This document shows positions 24,240 to 37,743 of a stretch of DNA of 44,461 nt, piece by piece. Origin of the DNA: Octopus bimaculoides. Its lineage: Eukaryota. Each line of letters starts with the position of its first letter. The first letter of the stretch is position 1. Below the pieces are notes generated by a model, which ran no database searches, was not told the DNA's origin, and saw only the letters and a program-made list of their open reading frames with translations. The position numbers and the translations under genes were made by a program. The DNA lies in NCBI RefSeq assembly GCF_001194135.2, contig NC_068996.1, forward strand, positions 25,778,445 to 25,822,905. The letters run 5' to 3'.

Positions 24240-24659
24240 GTAGAATTTAAATATTATTAAGCTGGTGTTTGGGACATAAATTTGCATGAAGTTTTGATGG
24301 AAAATTTTAGTTTAGATAACCTTAAAACAGGAAGTTTGTATCATGAAACCAGGGGATAGTCTCAGGTTGGCATCAAAGGGTTAAGACAAACATGATAAAA
24401 TGACTTAGATGCTACATCGTATGAATAGGGACTAGGATGTTTCTATTGAAAAACAATGCCTTTTGAAAATAGTGAAGAATTTAGTAAAATTGGAACATAG
24501 ATTAAAACGAAATCTTTGATGAAAGGTTTTAATTTAGATCACTTTAAAACAAGAAATTTGTACAGTAGAACAAGGGTGATCTCAGGAAAGGTTTGGTGTA
24601 AAAAGGGGGTTAATGGTTTCTTTGATATTATAATATACTTCTTCAGTAAAAAGCTTTGA

Positions 24660-24880
24660 TGTGGGTGCCAGTGGCATGTAAAAAGCATTTGTGATGGTGT
24701 CATGTAAAAAAGCACCCAGTACACTCTATAAAATGGGTGGTGTTAGAAAGGGCATCCAGCTGTAGAAGCCAAGTCAAAACAAACAATGGAATCTAGTGTG
24801 GCCCCTGGTCTTGCCAATTCCTGTCAAACTGTCTACTTCATGCCAACATCGAAAACGGATGTTAAATTTGATGATGACAG
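24660..24880 (+). mobile_element. Family C element, decayed
   Basis: AAAAAGCACCCAGTACACTC...GAAAGGGCATCCAGCTGTAGAAGCC...GAAAACGGATGTTAAATTTGATGATGAC. Confidence 0.75.
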
Positions 24881-25273
24881 TCACATATTATGTATATTGT
24901 GTCTACTCTTTAACCATGTTCCCCACATTTCTTGTGAAGAAATACATTCGTCATGACATCTCATTTAATTAGCTAACTCTACTAATAACTGTAGACATAT
25001 AACATACTATGATTTACATTTTGTCTCATAGGCTTCTACACAGTTTCTGTCTACTTCATTTTTACTCACAAGGTTTAGGTTGATCAGAGGATATGAGGAT
25101 ATGGCAGAAAGAACTTACCCAAGATACCCTGCAGTGGGACTGAACCATGAGATCTGGTGATTGTAAAGTGAACTTCTTGAATCACTTGGTTGTGTCTGTG
25201 TCTACACCCACACAATATACATGCAGCATACAACCATTTTCTTTATTATTTCTCAACCATTGACTAAATCAAT

Positions 25274-25309
<36 letters not shown>

Positions 25310-25458
25310 TAGAGAGGGAGGGAGACTGAAAGACAGACTGACAAACAGACTGACAGACAGAGACAGAGAGAGATGGAGAGAGAAAGAGAATGAGTTTATT
25401 CTTCAGATAATTTACTATCCTACAAAGTTCTTTGAACATCAAAGAAATTCTGCAAAGC

Positions 25459-25509
<51 letters not shown>

Positions 25510-26054
25510 TGAAATAATTGATGATCGAATGCAGTGAAAACAGGTACATGCACATACATATGTATGTATGTATGTCTTTATATATATGCATGCATGCACA
25601 CACACATATACACACACACAAATACATGCAGTTAAGAATTTGAAGCATATATCTGTAATCCTCACTTGAATAAAGAAACCTGAATAGGCTTCTTTGTTGG
25701 TGTCTCATTAGCGAAATAGCAGGAAATGAAGTATAAAAGACACTGTGACAAAGTTGTATCTATGAAAGTTGAAGGTGACCTTTTTTTTTTGTCAAAGTTT
25801 TCTTTGTATTCCATTTTTAGCAATTTAATGTATATTAGGAGCTTAAGGAGTTGTGAGAGAAGGATTTAAAATTTTAAAAAAATGCTTTGGTCAAAAGATA
25901 AGCACCATGTCTATGTGCTTTACAGACCCTCTGAGACTGGTAGTGAGAGAGATGGTTAATGCTTCTTTGAAGAACTATAAGTTGATGACTGGGAAAAATA
26001 TGAATATGGAGGGAATCCAAGAGGACTTATACAAATGGTTTTCTGTTGTTCAAT

Positions 26055-26212
26055 GATTGGGATTCAGTTGTTTGATCAACTGAATTACCTGTTCATTGAA
26101 TTACCATGCAAGGGGGTGAGTATTCCACAGACGTGTACCTTTAACATAATTTCCAGGCAGAATCAGCATGACACAGAGTGTGACAAGGCTGAATTTTTCA
26201 AATTAAAGGTAC
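26055..26212 (-). mobile_element. Partial inverted copy of the family E SINE at 26263
   Basis: Reverse complement matches about 26385-26545 (GTACC..TAATT...TGTCACA.TCTGTGTCATGCTGA.T). Confidence 0.75.
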
Positions 26213-26262
26213 AATCCACTCAATGGGCTTCTATACAGTTTCCATCAGGTAAAGGCACATGG

Positions 26263-26560
26263 CTTAGTGGTTAAGATACTCAGCTGACAGTCATGAGTTC
26301 GATTACTAGCAGTGCATTGTGTCCATAAGCAAGACACTTTATTTCTTGTTATTCCAGTCCACTCAGCTGACAACAATGAGTAGTACCTGTAATTCAAAGG
26401 GCCAGCTTTGTCACATTCTGTGTCATGCTGAATCTCCCTGGGAACTACGTTAAGGGTACACGTGTCTGTGGAGTGCTCAGTCACTTGCATGTTAATTTCA
26501 TAAACAAACTATTCCAATTGATCGGATCAACTGGAACCCTTGTCATCATAACAGACAGAG
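26263..26560 (+). mobile_element. tRNA-derived SINE, family E
   Basis: A box TGGCTTAGTGG, B box GTTCGATTAC, GTGTCCATAAGCAAGACACTT and a distinct 3' body. Confidence 0.8.
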
Positions 26561-27269
26561 TGACACTTTTATACAGTTTCCATCTAACCAGTTTCACTCA
26601 CAGGGCAAGAGTCAAACCAAGGCCATAGAAGATGACATATCGCTCAAGTAGCCACACAGTGGTATTGAACCCAGAACCTCATGGATGTGAGGCAAACTTC
26701 TTAACCATTTAGCAATAGTGTGCATGTGATGCCATAGAGAAGGGTTGGGAGTAGAGGTTAGAGTGTAGGGCCATCTTAGCAGCCTTATAGGCCCCTCCCT
26801 ACCCACTGCCTGGCAAATTGATGCACTGGACCTCATAGTGTTTACTTACTGAAAGATCAAAATTAACAGGAATTTACTTCCAAACCACATGGTTTTGGGT
26901 TCAGTCTTACAGCATGGCATCTTGGACAAGTGTCTTCTGCTACAGTCCTAGACTAACCAAAGCCTTATGAATGAATTTGGTGGACAGAAACCGAAAGAAG
27001 CTTGTCATGTGTGTGCATGTGCATATACACATGTGGGTGCGTGCACCCCCCCCCCCCACAAACACAGAGTAATGGGTATGACTTTAATCTGCATCTGGTA
27101 GTGGAGCTCTGGTTCAGGAGTTCCATTGTTTTGAGGAGTGTGTTCTGTTCTCAGGTCTACTCTGACCCAGAGTAGTAACACCTGTCAGATGTTGGGATGT
27201 AGAAATAGTTTGGTTAGAGTCCAAGGGTCCAGTAAGCCACCTGAGAGTGAGGTTTATTAATACACACAG

Positions 27270-27760
27270 CTACATCTGGGCAAAGTTCAGAGAGCTCCTA
27301 CCTCTGTTGGTAACAAAGGGCTGTTCCCTCGGAGTGAAAGGCAGATTGTACAATGCCTGTGTGCGAACAACCATGTCACACGGCAGTGAAACATGGGCTG
27401 TAACTACCAAGGAGATGTAAAGGCTTGGAAGAAATGAAGCTAATATGCTTCACTGAACTTGCAATGTTGGTGTGCATGTACGACAGAGTGTTAGCATCTT
27501 GAAAGAAGAGTTTGACATAAGAGGCATAAGATATGGTACTTAAGAGATACAACTGCACTGGTATGATCATACAATGCATAGGGGCAAGGACAGCTGCGTG
27601 AAGAAGTGTTGATCTCTAACTGTGGAGGGAACCTGAGGAAGAAGTTGATCCTGGAAGACATGGGATGAAGCATTATTTTTGAATGTTAGGCCTCATGGAG
27701 GTAATGACGAGTGAGATCTCTGACAGTATGCTGTGCTTGAGAAAACTCATCAACCCAAGT
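27270..27760 (+). mobile_element. RTE LINE C-terminal fragment, pseudogenised
   Basis: WAKFRELLPLLVTKGCSLGVKGRLYNACVRTTMSHGSETWAV...LHWYDH...SWKTWDE with stops. Confidence 0.9.
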
Positions 27761-27889
27761 GAAAATGTAGTCATGGCCGATGCCAGTGTTGTATACCTGG
27801 CACCATACTGGCGACATGCAAAAGTCAGTGTGTCATATGCCTGTAAAAGAAACACACTCTAAAGCATAGAACAGTAATGTATTTATATT

Positions 27890-29050
27890 CAGTGTTCCAA
27901 ATTATAAATGAGTGGTCTGATAATCATGAAATTATGGGTCATAAATGTGACTTAACAGCTTCAGAGAAATCTGTTACTACTTCTGAACTTGCAGAAGGTA
28001 AATCAACATAAGAAATATCTAAAATAATTGGAAGATATCACCAAACTGTGAAAAAATTTGTTACAGCTCCTACAAAGATATGTAAGAGAGCCAACAGAGG
28101 GCTGTTTCTCAATGTTCTCTGTCATGAATTAAGCATTGAGAATAAGTGGAGAACTTGTCAAGTGCATTGGAGAAACAACTGTGTCCAGAACAACCCAATT
28201 ATGTCTTTTGAAAACGGTCAGTAAACCAGTGACATTGGTTAAAAGGCCTGCTTTAAACAAAATATACAGAAGAAATTGTCTGAAATGAGCAGAAGATAAC
28301 ATAAAGGTTGACTTTTCAAAAGTTTTGTTTATGGACGAAACTCATGCTACCCTTGATGGACCTGATGGTTAGAGCAAGGGATGGGTTGTAAATGGATGAG
28401 ATCATCAACACTGGAGATGCCAACAAGAGGGAGGAGGCATCATGATTTGAGTAGGTATTATTGGAAGTATAATGGCTGGTTCTTGGAATGTGCTCGACAT
28501 TGTTAAAATGACTGCAGATGCTTACATAGCCTTACTGAAGGAGCACAGTAAACCTCAGTTAAAAAAGCAAAGAACTACCTTCAAGACTAATATTTATGCA
28601 AGATAATGCATCCTCGCACTCTGTGATAAAAACTACAGAATCTCTGCAACAATTAGGTTTCTGTGGACCTTTGAAGATGAAGTGGCCTGCCTGTTCCTCC
28701 AACTTAAACCTAATAGAAAACTTGTGGAGTATTCTAAAATGACAAGTTTACAAGAATGGACGTCAATTTAGGAGCAATGATGAACTGTGGCGGACAATAG
28801 AGAATGTATATCGTGGTATAACATCAGAGGAGATCCAAAAATTAGCATGTTCCATGGACCAGTGCCTTTTCCAACTTATTTCAAACAAAGGATCATATAT
28901 CATTTTTGAACGCTGTTTATTTGTTTACTTCTTTTTCTTCCATGTTTATGACTGTATATGTTCATTTCAGTATGTACATGAAACAATCAAATTGGTATTT
29001 TCTTGTTTAGATGAGTTTTAATTACACCTTGCTAATAATTCGAAACAGTG
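27890..29050 (+). mobile_element. Tc1/mariner DD37E (TRT-type) transposon, inactive
   Basis: Imperfect TIRs CAGTGTTCCAAATTAT / ATAATTCGAAACAGTG (13 of 16 match). Relic ORF from ATG 27934: MGHKCDLTASEKS...FSKVLFMDE (D 28334)...IFMQDN (D 28602)...LNLIENLW (E 28716), with 37 codons between the second D and E. Confidence 0.92.
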
Positions 29051-29537
29051 AAAGTTTATGTAAACTTGGTAAATGGGTGTAGTTCCTGTGTTGTCTTGCA
29101 GAACCTCATGGTTTTTACACATCATGCGCATATAACTGTTGCTATCATACTGTGAAAATTTCGTTAAATTTCAGCAAGTAGTTTTTTTAAAAAATTAATA
29201 ATTTTATGTCATTGATAATTTGAAACACATATACATGTGTGTGTGTGTGTGTTTGTATTGATATTTCTCTTGGCATTAGAACTCAATACACATATGCTTC
29301 AGAGAAAAGTATTGAGTATAGAACATAATAAAAGATTATATAAATGACAGTGAAACAAGAAATTATGTAATTAACTTCATTAGCTTGCAGTTGTTTCTGC
29401 TATAAGATGTAAGCATTCATAGCTAAATGCTTGTATATCACCGTATACTCACCATGGGATTGCACCTAGAAAGTTACCCTCCCAGGGTAACTGGTAAGAT
29501 TCGCTGTAATGGATATATAATACTGTACACTTTGGAT

Positions 29538-29573
<36 letters not shown>

Positions 29574-30019
29574 TTACATATATGTATATAAATATTTATA
29601 TTAAATACATACATATATAACTACATACCTTATTCAGTTTATCCACAAACACTCCAGGAAGTAAATATATGGGCAGTCCATTACATAAGATTTACTTTCA
29701 TTCTAATTATAATGTAATGGAATGCAGTCTTAAACACCAGTTTATATGATAATCAGTCAATGAGAACAGTGTTTCGTAAATATTCACGTTTTCCAATATA
29801 TTTGTGCAGTTATTCAGTTGAAGACAATGTTGAAATCAGCTCAAAAAAAGGTGGAACAAATATTGCAAAGTATTCTGGCAATGTTGTAATGAAATCTGCC
29901 AACTCCTTTCCTTGCCAGTTCGGAGTGTTTGACTGGCAAAAGTGTTAAAACATAAGACAAGACATTTTGTGGTATCTATTGCAGCTCTTTGTGTTTTGAA
30001 TGCCAATGTCTGTCACAAA

Positions 30020-30148
30020 CCAGATGCCAAGATCGATTCTTGTTTCTGGTGCTGTCCAGACAGTTGGAGTCTGGACAGCTCCCTGCTAGCCAGCTCCATG
30101 TCAAACAATTCAACTCATTCCAGCATGGAAAGTGGACATTAAACGATA

Positions 30149-30205
<57 letters not shown>
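30020..30205 (+). mobile_element. Family C element with long (GAT)n tail
   Basis: CAATTCAACTCATTCCAGCATGGAAAGTGGACATTAAACGATAATGATGAT... Confidence 0.75.
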
Positions 30206-30207
<2 letters not shown>

Positions 30208-30599
30208 TGGTGGTAGAGTGCAGAGGAGAGAGAGTTCCAAGCATGAGTAACATCTGGTCTACACTTTGGCAGTAGGAACATTCCCAGAGTAGATCCAAAC
30301 TCTCACATGACATGTCATATTTGATGGCATAAAAGACACACTTGCATATTAGACACTCTAATTTTAGCAGCTCATAGTCAGGAAAAAAAAATTTGTTTTT
30401 ACTGCATTAAAGTTTATGAGAGGCCCAACCTCATTTACAGGACCCAGAGTAATTTTTTTAAAACATTAAAACATTTTTAGAAGAAATGCATCTTTTATCT
30501 TTTCAAATATAGTACATAAACCCTGGCTCATCAGTTAGCAATAACATTTTGTTGGAATAGCCCGTAGTTGTATAAATGCTAATCTGATATTTAGTATTC

Positions 30600-30786
30600 A
30601 AGCTGGTAAAATGCTCAGCAGCATTTCATCTGTTTTCACTTTCTGAGTTCAAATTCCACCGGGGTCAACTTTGCCCTTTATCGTTTTGGGATTGATAAAT
30701 TAAGCACCAGTGAAACAGTGGGGTTGATGTAATCGACTACTACCCTCCCGCCGCAAATTTCAGGCCTTGTACTTTCAGTAGAAAGG

Positions 30787-30858
<72 letters not shown>

Positions 30859-31311
30859 ATTATTATTGCTAGGATGGTGAGCTGGCAGAATCATTAGCAT
30901 ACCAGGCAAAATTTTTGGTGGCATTTCATCCATCTTTACACTCTGGACTCAAATTCTGCCAAAGTTGACTTTGCTTTTCATCCTTTTGGGGCTGATAAAA
31001 TAAGTACCAGTTGAGTACTGAAGTGAATGAAATTAACTTAATCTCTCCCCTGAAATTACTGGCCTTGTGCTAAAATTTAAAACTAAAAGCAGAATTAAAG
31101 GCAGTGAGCTGGCAGAATTGTTATTGCACTGGAAAAAATACTTAGAGGCATTTTCTCTATCTTTATGTTCTGTGTTCAAATGCTGCCAGAGTTGATTTTG
31201 TCTTTCATCCTTTCAGTGTTGATAAAATAAGTACCAGTTGTGTACGGGAGTTGATGTGATCAACTTACACCCTCTCCACAAATTTCAGGCCTTTTGCCTG
31301 AAGTAGAAAGG
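30600..31311 (+). mobile_element. Three head-to-tail family B SINEs
   Basis: Copies at about 30600-30787, 30872-31085 and 31100-31311. Head GGTGAGCTGGCAGAAT, B box GAGTTCAAATTC, end GGCCTTGTG...GTAGAAAGG. Confidence 0.88.
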
Positions 31312-31417
31312 ATTATTACTATTATTATTATTATTATTGTCGTCGTCGTCGTCGTCGTTGTCGTCGTCGTCGTCGTTGTCGTCGTCGTCATCATCATCAT
31401 TATCATCATCATTATTA

Positions 31418-31498
<81 letters not shown>

Positions 31499-31499
<1 letters not shown>

Positions 31500-32045
31500 A
31501 CTTGACTCATGTTTGGTCTTATTCCAGGTAAAATTTATGTGGATAGCTGGTAACTTGTGAGTACCTGCAACTTTAGATATCCACAAGCTTTCAATAATCT
31601 TTCAAGTGCTCAAAACACTTCCCTGTTGCTAAGGAGCAAATTTTCTGTAGAAGCTCTACAGGATATTCCTTTCCAATCACCTTCAGCCATTTTCCCAGTC
31701 CCTAATGCACTAATTATTACTGGGACAGTTTCAAATCCCCATTTCTGATAAAGCTTCCAGTGCAAAATTTACATAACTTCATCATAATGCCATTTCTTAT
31801 ATTTTCCCTGAGCCAACTTGAGATATTTTGCAACAATGTGTGTTATTGTTTCATCTCAAATTCTATATACTTTTATTAGCGTTATTATCATTTGTTTTTC
31901 TTCTTCTTTCAATTTTATTTCCATTTTTTGCTAAGTGTCTTTCCGATTTCTAGGACAAGGAAACTCACTGGATAGGTCATCAGGAGTCTTGCATGCATAG
32001 CAGGGCTGCTACCTGTAGTCTATGCTATCTGTTCTTTTCAATTAT
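31499..32045 (-). mobile_element. Internally deleted R4/Dong-type RLE derivative
   Basis: HIVAKYLKLAQGKYKKWHYDEVM*ILHWKLYQKWGFE is joined directly to TVPVIISALG and then KWLKVIGKEYPVELLQKICSLATG. The element lies between (ATT)n tracts. Confidence 0.8.
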
Positions 32046-32066
32046 CCATTATTATTATCATTATTA

Positions 32067-32121
<55 letters not shown>

Positions 32122-32402
32122 GTCATTAGTGGTTGTAGTCAAGAGTCTACTTGTCATTCTAACAAATAAACTAATTTCTTTATTGTCCAACCTTATACAT
32201 TGTGAATTATGCTAAGCATCAGGTTCTTTTTCTTATAGCACAAACTAGAAAATACAACAGGAAACTATTTTCAAAAGTAATTGGAACAATGTAGTTGACT
32301 GATTTATCTCTGCATATGAGAGTGGTCACCTTACCAATATTGGGAAGGATGAAAGGCAAAAGTGACACTGTCATAATTTTGATTCCAAATTATAAAGAAC
32401 CA

Positions 32403-32483
<81 letters not shown>

Positions 32484-32532
32484 AGCAATAATTAGAAAAT
32501 ATTTTCTATTTGTTATAATTATTGCTAATATA

Positions 32533-33428
32533 CAGGGTACAATGGTTAAGCTGTCACCATTTTATATTTTTAATTTCACGCATGCACATTGTTTGCTTTT
32601 GATTTTGTTGACTACACAGTATAGTAAGATCAATTGGACACTGTCTGTGAGGAAAACAGCACCATGACGCAATTCACAGCACCATGTGACAGTGTCATAA
32701 TGCCAAGTAATACCGGCATGATTGCCAGTATTACTTGGCATTCATGCCGGAAGCTCACATACAAACATTTCAGAGTGTTTGGGTGTCAATCTGAGAACAG
32801 TGCAATCCGAGGACATGTACCAAGAGTAATAAAAATAAAACATGATGGTGTTTGGAGTGATCACTAGTGATGGTGACATTATGCCTCCATTCATCTTCCC
32901 ACATGACCTCAGCCTCAACATAGCCTACATCAAGTGCCTGGCGGAGGTAGTGCTGCTCTAGACCAAGAGGGTGGCTGCTGGAAGACCCTGTGTCTGGCAA
33001 CAGGACTCTGTATCATGCCAAACAAGCAGGAGAATGCAGTCATGGCTGTCAGACATTTTCTGCGACCACATCACCCTTAACATCTGGCCACCAAACTCCC
33101 CAGACTGCAATCCCCTTGATTATTATGTGTGGGGTACGGTTGAGCAAGAGACCAACAAAACTCCTTGTAACATCAAAGATAAACTAAAGGCAAGGATTAT
33201 GGCAGCACTCATCAACTTAAGCAAGGAGACCACCCAGAAGAGTTGCAAGAGATTCCGAAGTCATCTGGAGGCCATGGTTGAAGCCAATGGTGATTTTATT
33301 GATTAAATTTACTTTTTAGTATTTCAAGATTTAGTATGCAATTTTGGTAAATATATCTGTTAAAATAAAATGTCGGTGCTATTTTCATTTCTGCGTAATT
33401 TAGACAATAATTTATTCACTGCACCCTG
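32533..33428 (+). mobile_element. Tc1/mariner DD37D (maT) element, internally deleted
   Basis: TA-CAGGGTACAATG...CACTGCACCCTG-TA. C-terminal ORF VWQQD...WPPNSPDCNPLDYYVW has 37 residues between the last two Ds. The N-terminal HTH relic (NISECLGVNLRTVQ) is fused close to IMVFGVIT. Confidence 0.93.
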
Positions 33429-33533
33429 TACACTCCAGATAATATTACTATCCAGTGAAGTGAATAATTTAGACAATAATTTATTCACTGCACCCTGTAC
33501 ACTCCAGATAATATTACTATCCAGTGAAGTGAA
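33396..33533 (+). repeat. Perfect 69-bp tandem duplication covering the maT right TIR, TA and flank
   Basis: 33396-33464 is identical to 33465-33533. Confidence 0.97.
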
Positions 33534-33699
33534 CACAGAATTACCTATTAGAGGAATTTACTGCATGAGTGACAACTCTTAGTAATCACAGACGTTAAAT
33601 ACTAATCAATGCAGTTAGCTGTAACCTGCAACATAACTGAGAGCAACCACAGTATCTGCTCAGAAAATATATCCCTCTGCTCCAATATGAAAATCATCA

Positions 33700-34220
33700 T
33701 TACATGAGAACAATACCAGAGCCCACTTGCAGTTGTATCCATTGAGACCCAGGAACTTGTCCACTTGACCAGGAATGTATGATTAAATCCATCATATATG
33801 CAGCAGGAACACAGATCCTTTTCAGATCTAAGAACTCTAGCACACTGCTGAATTCTAGATCCTAAATTTTCAGTGGTTGTAAGCATATGGCTAAGTTCCT
33901 TTTGACAAATTGTAAAATGCCACCCTCTCCGAATTGAACAAATGCACCACAGAGTTTAAGTCCCTACCTTTTCAGCCTTATATTTTACAGCCAAAGGAGA
34001 AATAACTCTAATTCTCACTCTCTTTTTGCTTCTTTCTGTTCTTTTTTTTCTTTTTTTTGCTTTCCATCTTTTCAACCTTCCACCTTTTATATCTACTTCT
34101 TTCTCACCTTTTCTGACTTTTGCTCTCATCCTATTGACCCATTTTTAGTTTGTATGCTATGTGGGTAGTGCCTGAAGATTGTGCTAGGACACCAGAGGCA
34201 TTAAAAAAATGTCTGGCATG
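33700..34220 (+). mobile_element. Possible Penelope-like element 3' relic (GIY-YIG end, pyrimidine tract, decayed hammerhead)
   Basis: TTACAGCCAAAGGAGAAATAACTCTAATT resembles frameshifted LQP.GIN..F. It is followed by a CT-rich tract and GTGC-CTGAAGA at 34168-34178. Confidence 0.35.
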
Positions 34221-34843
34221 CTCTCATCACATTAAACTAACAGTAGCGCACAAAAACATATATTGTGTTAATTAAATAATATTTATCTCTCACCAGATGA
34301 AGTACTTTTCTTGTTGATCTTACCATCATGGAACAGTACACAATATATATATATATATACACATGGCATATGAGTCTAATTATTTAGATTCTACATTAGG
34401 TTTACTGATTCCGTCTGTCATCCAATTGTGAAAATAGTTAAAGGAATGTTAAAAGAACACTAATTCAAAAATGGACCATTATCTAAAAACAACAGCTGCC
34501 ACCACCACCATTACTGCCACCATCATATGGACAAGACCTGAATTGGTTTCCTGTACTTTTCAAAATTTTCAAAATTAGATAGAATGGAATTTAATGACAA
34601 GATCCAGTTAAATATAATTATAATTGACAACATATTTTGCCAAAATATCAAGAGTAAAGAAAACAAATGAAAAATGGAATGAATACTCCAAAAGAAAAAA
34701 GAAAGAAGAAAAAAAAGGAAAATTATAAATAAAAATTATTTTAATTTTCTTACATGAATGGTAAGCATTAATTGATTAATAAATAAAATATTGATTTCTC
34801 ACAAGATCACTAGGTCACACTTTTGTAAAGAGAACTGAGTGTG

Positions 34844-34845
<2 letters not shown>

Positions 34846-34936
<91 letters not shown>
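34846..34936. repeat. (GA)n microsatellite
   Basis: Direct reading. Confidence 0.98.
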
Positions 34937-34938
<2 letters not shown>

Positions 34939-35391
34939 GCTGTTGATTGAATCAACCTGAGTATATGATTGGAACAAGTCAGTGACAGAATATCAATGTA
35001 GTCATTAAAATTGTTAGGAATAGCAGCCAAATCTTCCTCACATCACAGCCTATTGTCATATAACATGGAAAAGTGCATTTTGTGATAGTGTAAAAAGCCA
35101 GGACAATCACAGCACAAAAGTGTTTGATCATAGGCCTGACCAGTCAACTCATATCTGGGGATAAACAACAACAACAAAAACAAAGATAACAACAACTATT
35201 GCATGTTTTATCAGAGCAAAAGTTGAGAGTAGTGTCATTTAAAGGCTGAACCTGTTAAGTAAGAAGTAAAGAACTCCATTCTACTATTCTGCAAATCCAT
35301 TTCTCTTGTATAATTGAAAAAAATATGTGATCTTTATGTCAATGAAAGTCTATCAGTTGATATTTAAAACGATTTTTTCTGTCCCTGGCAT

Positions 35392-35457
<66 letters not shown>

Positions 35458-37493
35458 CACTTACTCACTCTCTCTTTCTCTCTCAAAAGTCAACAAAGTT
35501 TTATATCACAGGTCAGTCACTGATGGAAGTGACCATTAAGGTGCAAGCTTAGATTATTCAGATCCCAGCAGTTACCCTCTCAGCACCGCCGGTGTTTTCC
35601 AAAGGTACTGCAGTGTAATACTTTTAGTATTAGTTCTGCTGCAGGAATTGTCAGAATAGCATTAAGTCAGACACCAGACCACTTAAAGGATTCCATTCTG
35701 GATTTATTACTGTGTTCACTCCCTAGCCTTTGTCTTACGAAGCAGATCATTTTGTCATAGTTGGGGATTTGTAACCTTGGACAGAGATCCATACCTGATA
35801 TTGTAAAATGAAAACAGCTGAACCCAGGAGAGAGTCAAGCAGGGCAGGACAATAATGCACTGCAATAGTGATTAATATTGTTACCCACTAACATTTGGTA
35901 GATGTCTTTTAGTGAAAACAAATGAAACATAGAGCAGTACAGTGAGGAACTTAGTCATGGTTATGACATTGTATTGAAGGACAAAACAGTAGTAATAGTT
36001 TACCTATGGTTATTACAATGCACAGTATAGTAGTGAGGGTCTATCCAAAATGATCACATTATACTAAAGGGTTGTAAAACAAATAAGATTTTTTTTTGAA
36101 GAATTTAGTTGATTTTAGCAGACCTTTGACAGTTTCATATTTGTGCAATGAGAATTACATTGATTTCTGACATTGACACAACATTATGAAATTTTAGAGG
36201 TGGATATAGTTGATTATACTAATTTTACCAACTGCAGGAGGATGTCAGGCAAGATGACTTTATTGTGACACAAAATCAGAAGTTAAGCATGTATAGCTAA
36301 ATATTGCTAATGTCATATGTATTTTGTCTTTTTCTCAGCTTGCTGCCTTTCAATAATAGCAATATAAAAAAAAATACTCTTTCTTCAATAAAGTTATGAA
36401 AAGATTATATTAATTTTATTGACTGCAGGAAGATGTAAGGCAAGGTGACTTTGCTGTGACACAAAATCACAAATTAAGCATGTGTAGTTCCATTTATTTT
36501 TAGTTAGGCTATAACGCAATAATGTGCTTCAGTAGAAACGTCTACTAGTGCACAGATTATCGGCCATGGTTAGTACAGAACAGACTATCAGCTGAAGAGT
36601 AGTACAGTACAGTACTGAGGCTTTATATGTGCTTATCATAATGTAATGAAGGGCCGTACAGTAGTGAGAGTCTACCTAAAATTAACATATTATACTGGTA
36701 GAAAGTGAAGGGGATTTTGTATAGCATTAAATTCTGCTGAAGAGTTGTACAGAATCAAGGGTTTACTTATTTCTATTACACTGTACTAAAGAGTTGTAGT
36801 GTAAAGAGTATGTGCCAAGGTAGTTATTCAAACTGCTAGAAATTGCAGCCAAAACTCTCAAATTATACTCTACCATTTAAAATACAGAAGGTCACTTTGG
36901 ATTATATATTCCCTGACATGCAAACAAATAGGATGATTATGAATGGAATGTCTCCAACACAACAGACCATTCCATTTCTCCACATCATGAATTTGCACAT
37001 TCACTGAAACAGAAGGAACAATATTTCATATTGAAAATCATAACCATGGGCCTAATGAGTTTAAATGAATGCTTTTAGTTCTATTCCTTCATCCTCTCCA
37101 ATAATGTAATCCCAGCTTTATCCTTTAGTTTTCCTCTTTTAATTTTTCCCTCCACCTCAATCTTAACAGCTTCTCTTTCTCTTTCCATTTTTTTTCCTTT
37201 TCCCTCACTAACCTTCTTTCACTCACACTAATTCATTTCTATTTATGCACTCCCACATTGTCTTGCATTCCCCATCAGTTGCAGCCAATTACCCAAGCAG
37301 AGGATGTATAACACTTCTGTCTTTCCATTGTTTTTCCTTTGTCATTTCAAACCTAAAGAAGGACCTCATGCAAAACATTGGAAACTCTACACTTCATAAT
37401 ATTACCTTACACTTTCTGTCACTTTCTCCAGACCTCAACCAATCACCTTAGATTCAGTCCCAGCCTTCTCTTATATTTACTGTCTTATTACTT

Positions 37494-37537
<44 letters not shown>

Positions 37538-37704
37538 ACAATCAACATATGTTATCAATGTTCCAAAGAAGTGAGTGAAACAAACAGTCAAGGCATTAAG
37601 AATGAATATGTACATCACTGATTTGATTTTCAGTCCTGCATGCATGTGATTATGTATTATAAATATAGTTATCATGACTGAGAGATACCATAAATGGATG
37701 GATG

Positions 37705-37743
<39 letters not shown>

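Noticed and set aside
25929-26056. Possible terminal exon DPLRLVVREMVNASLKNYK...
   Set aside because: An acceptor-like site only, with no recognisable family or linked upstream exon.
29472-29492. 9-bp hairpin AGTTACCCT/AGGGTAACT as a terminator
   Set aside because: No U tract and a eukaryotic context; probably a small fold-back in a repeat fragment.
29805-29950. Protein-like frames on both strands (e.g. KHSELARKGVGRFHYNIARILC)
   Set aside because: Four different frames look equally plausible, and there is no homology or donor site to choose between them.
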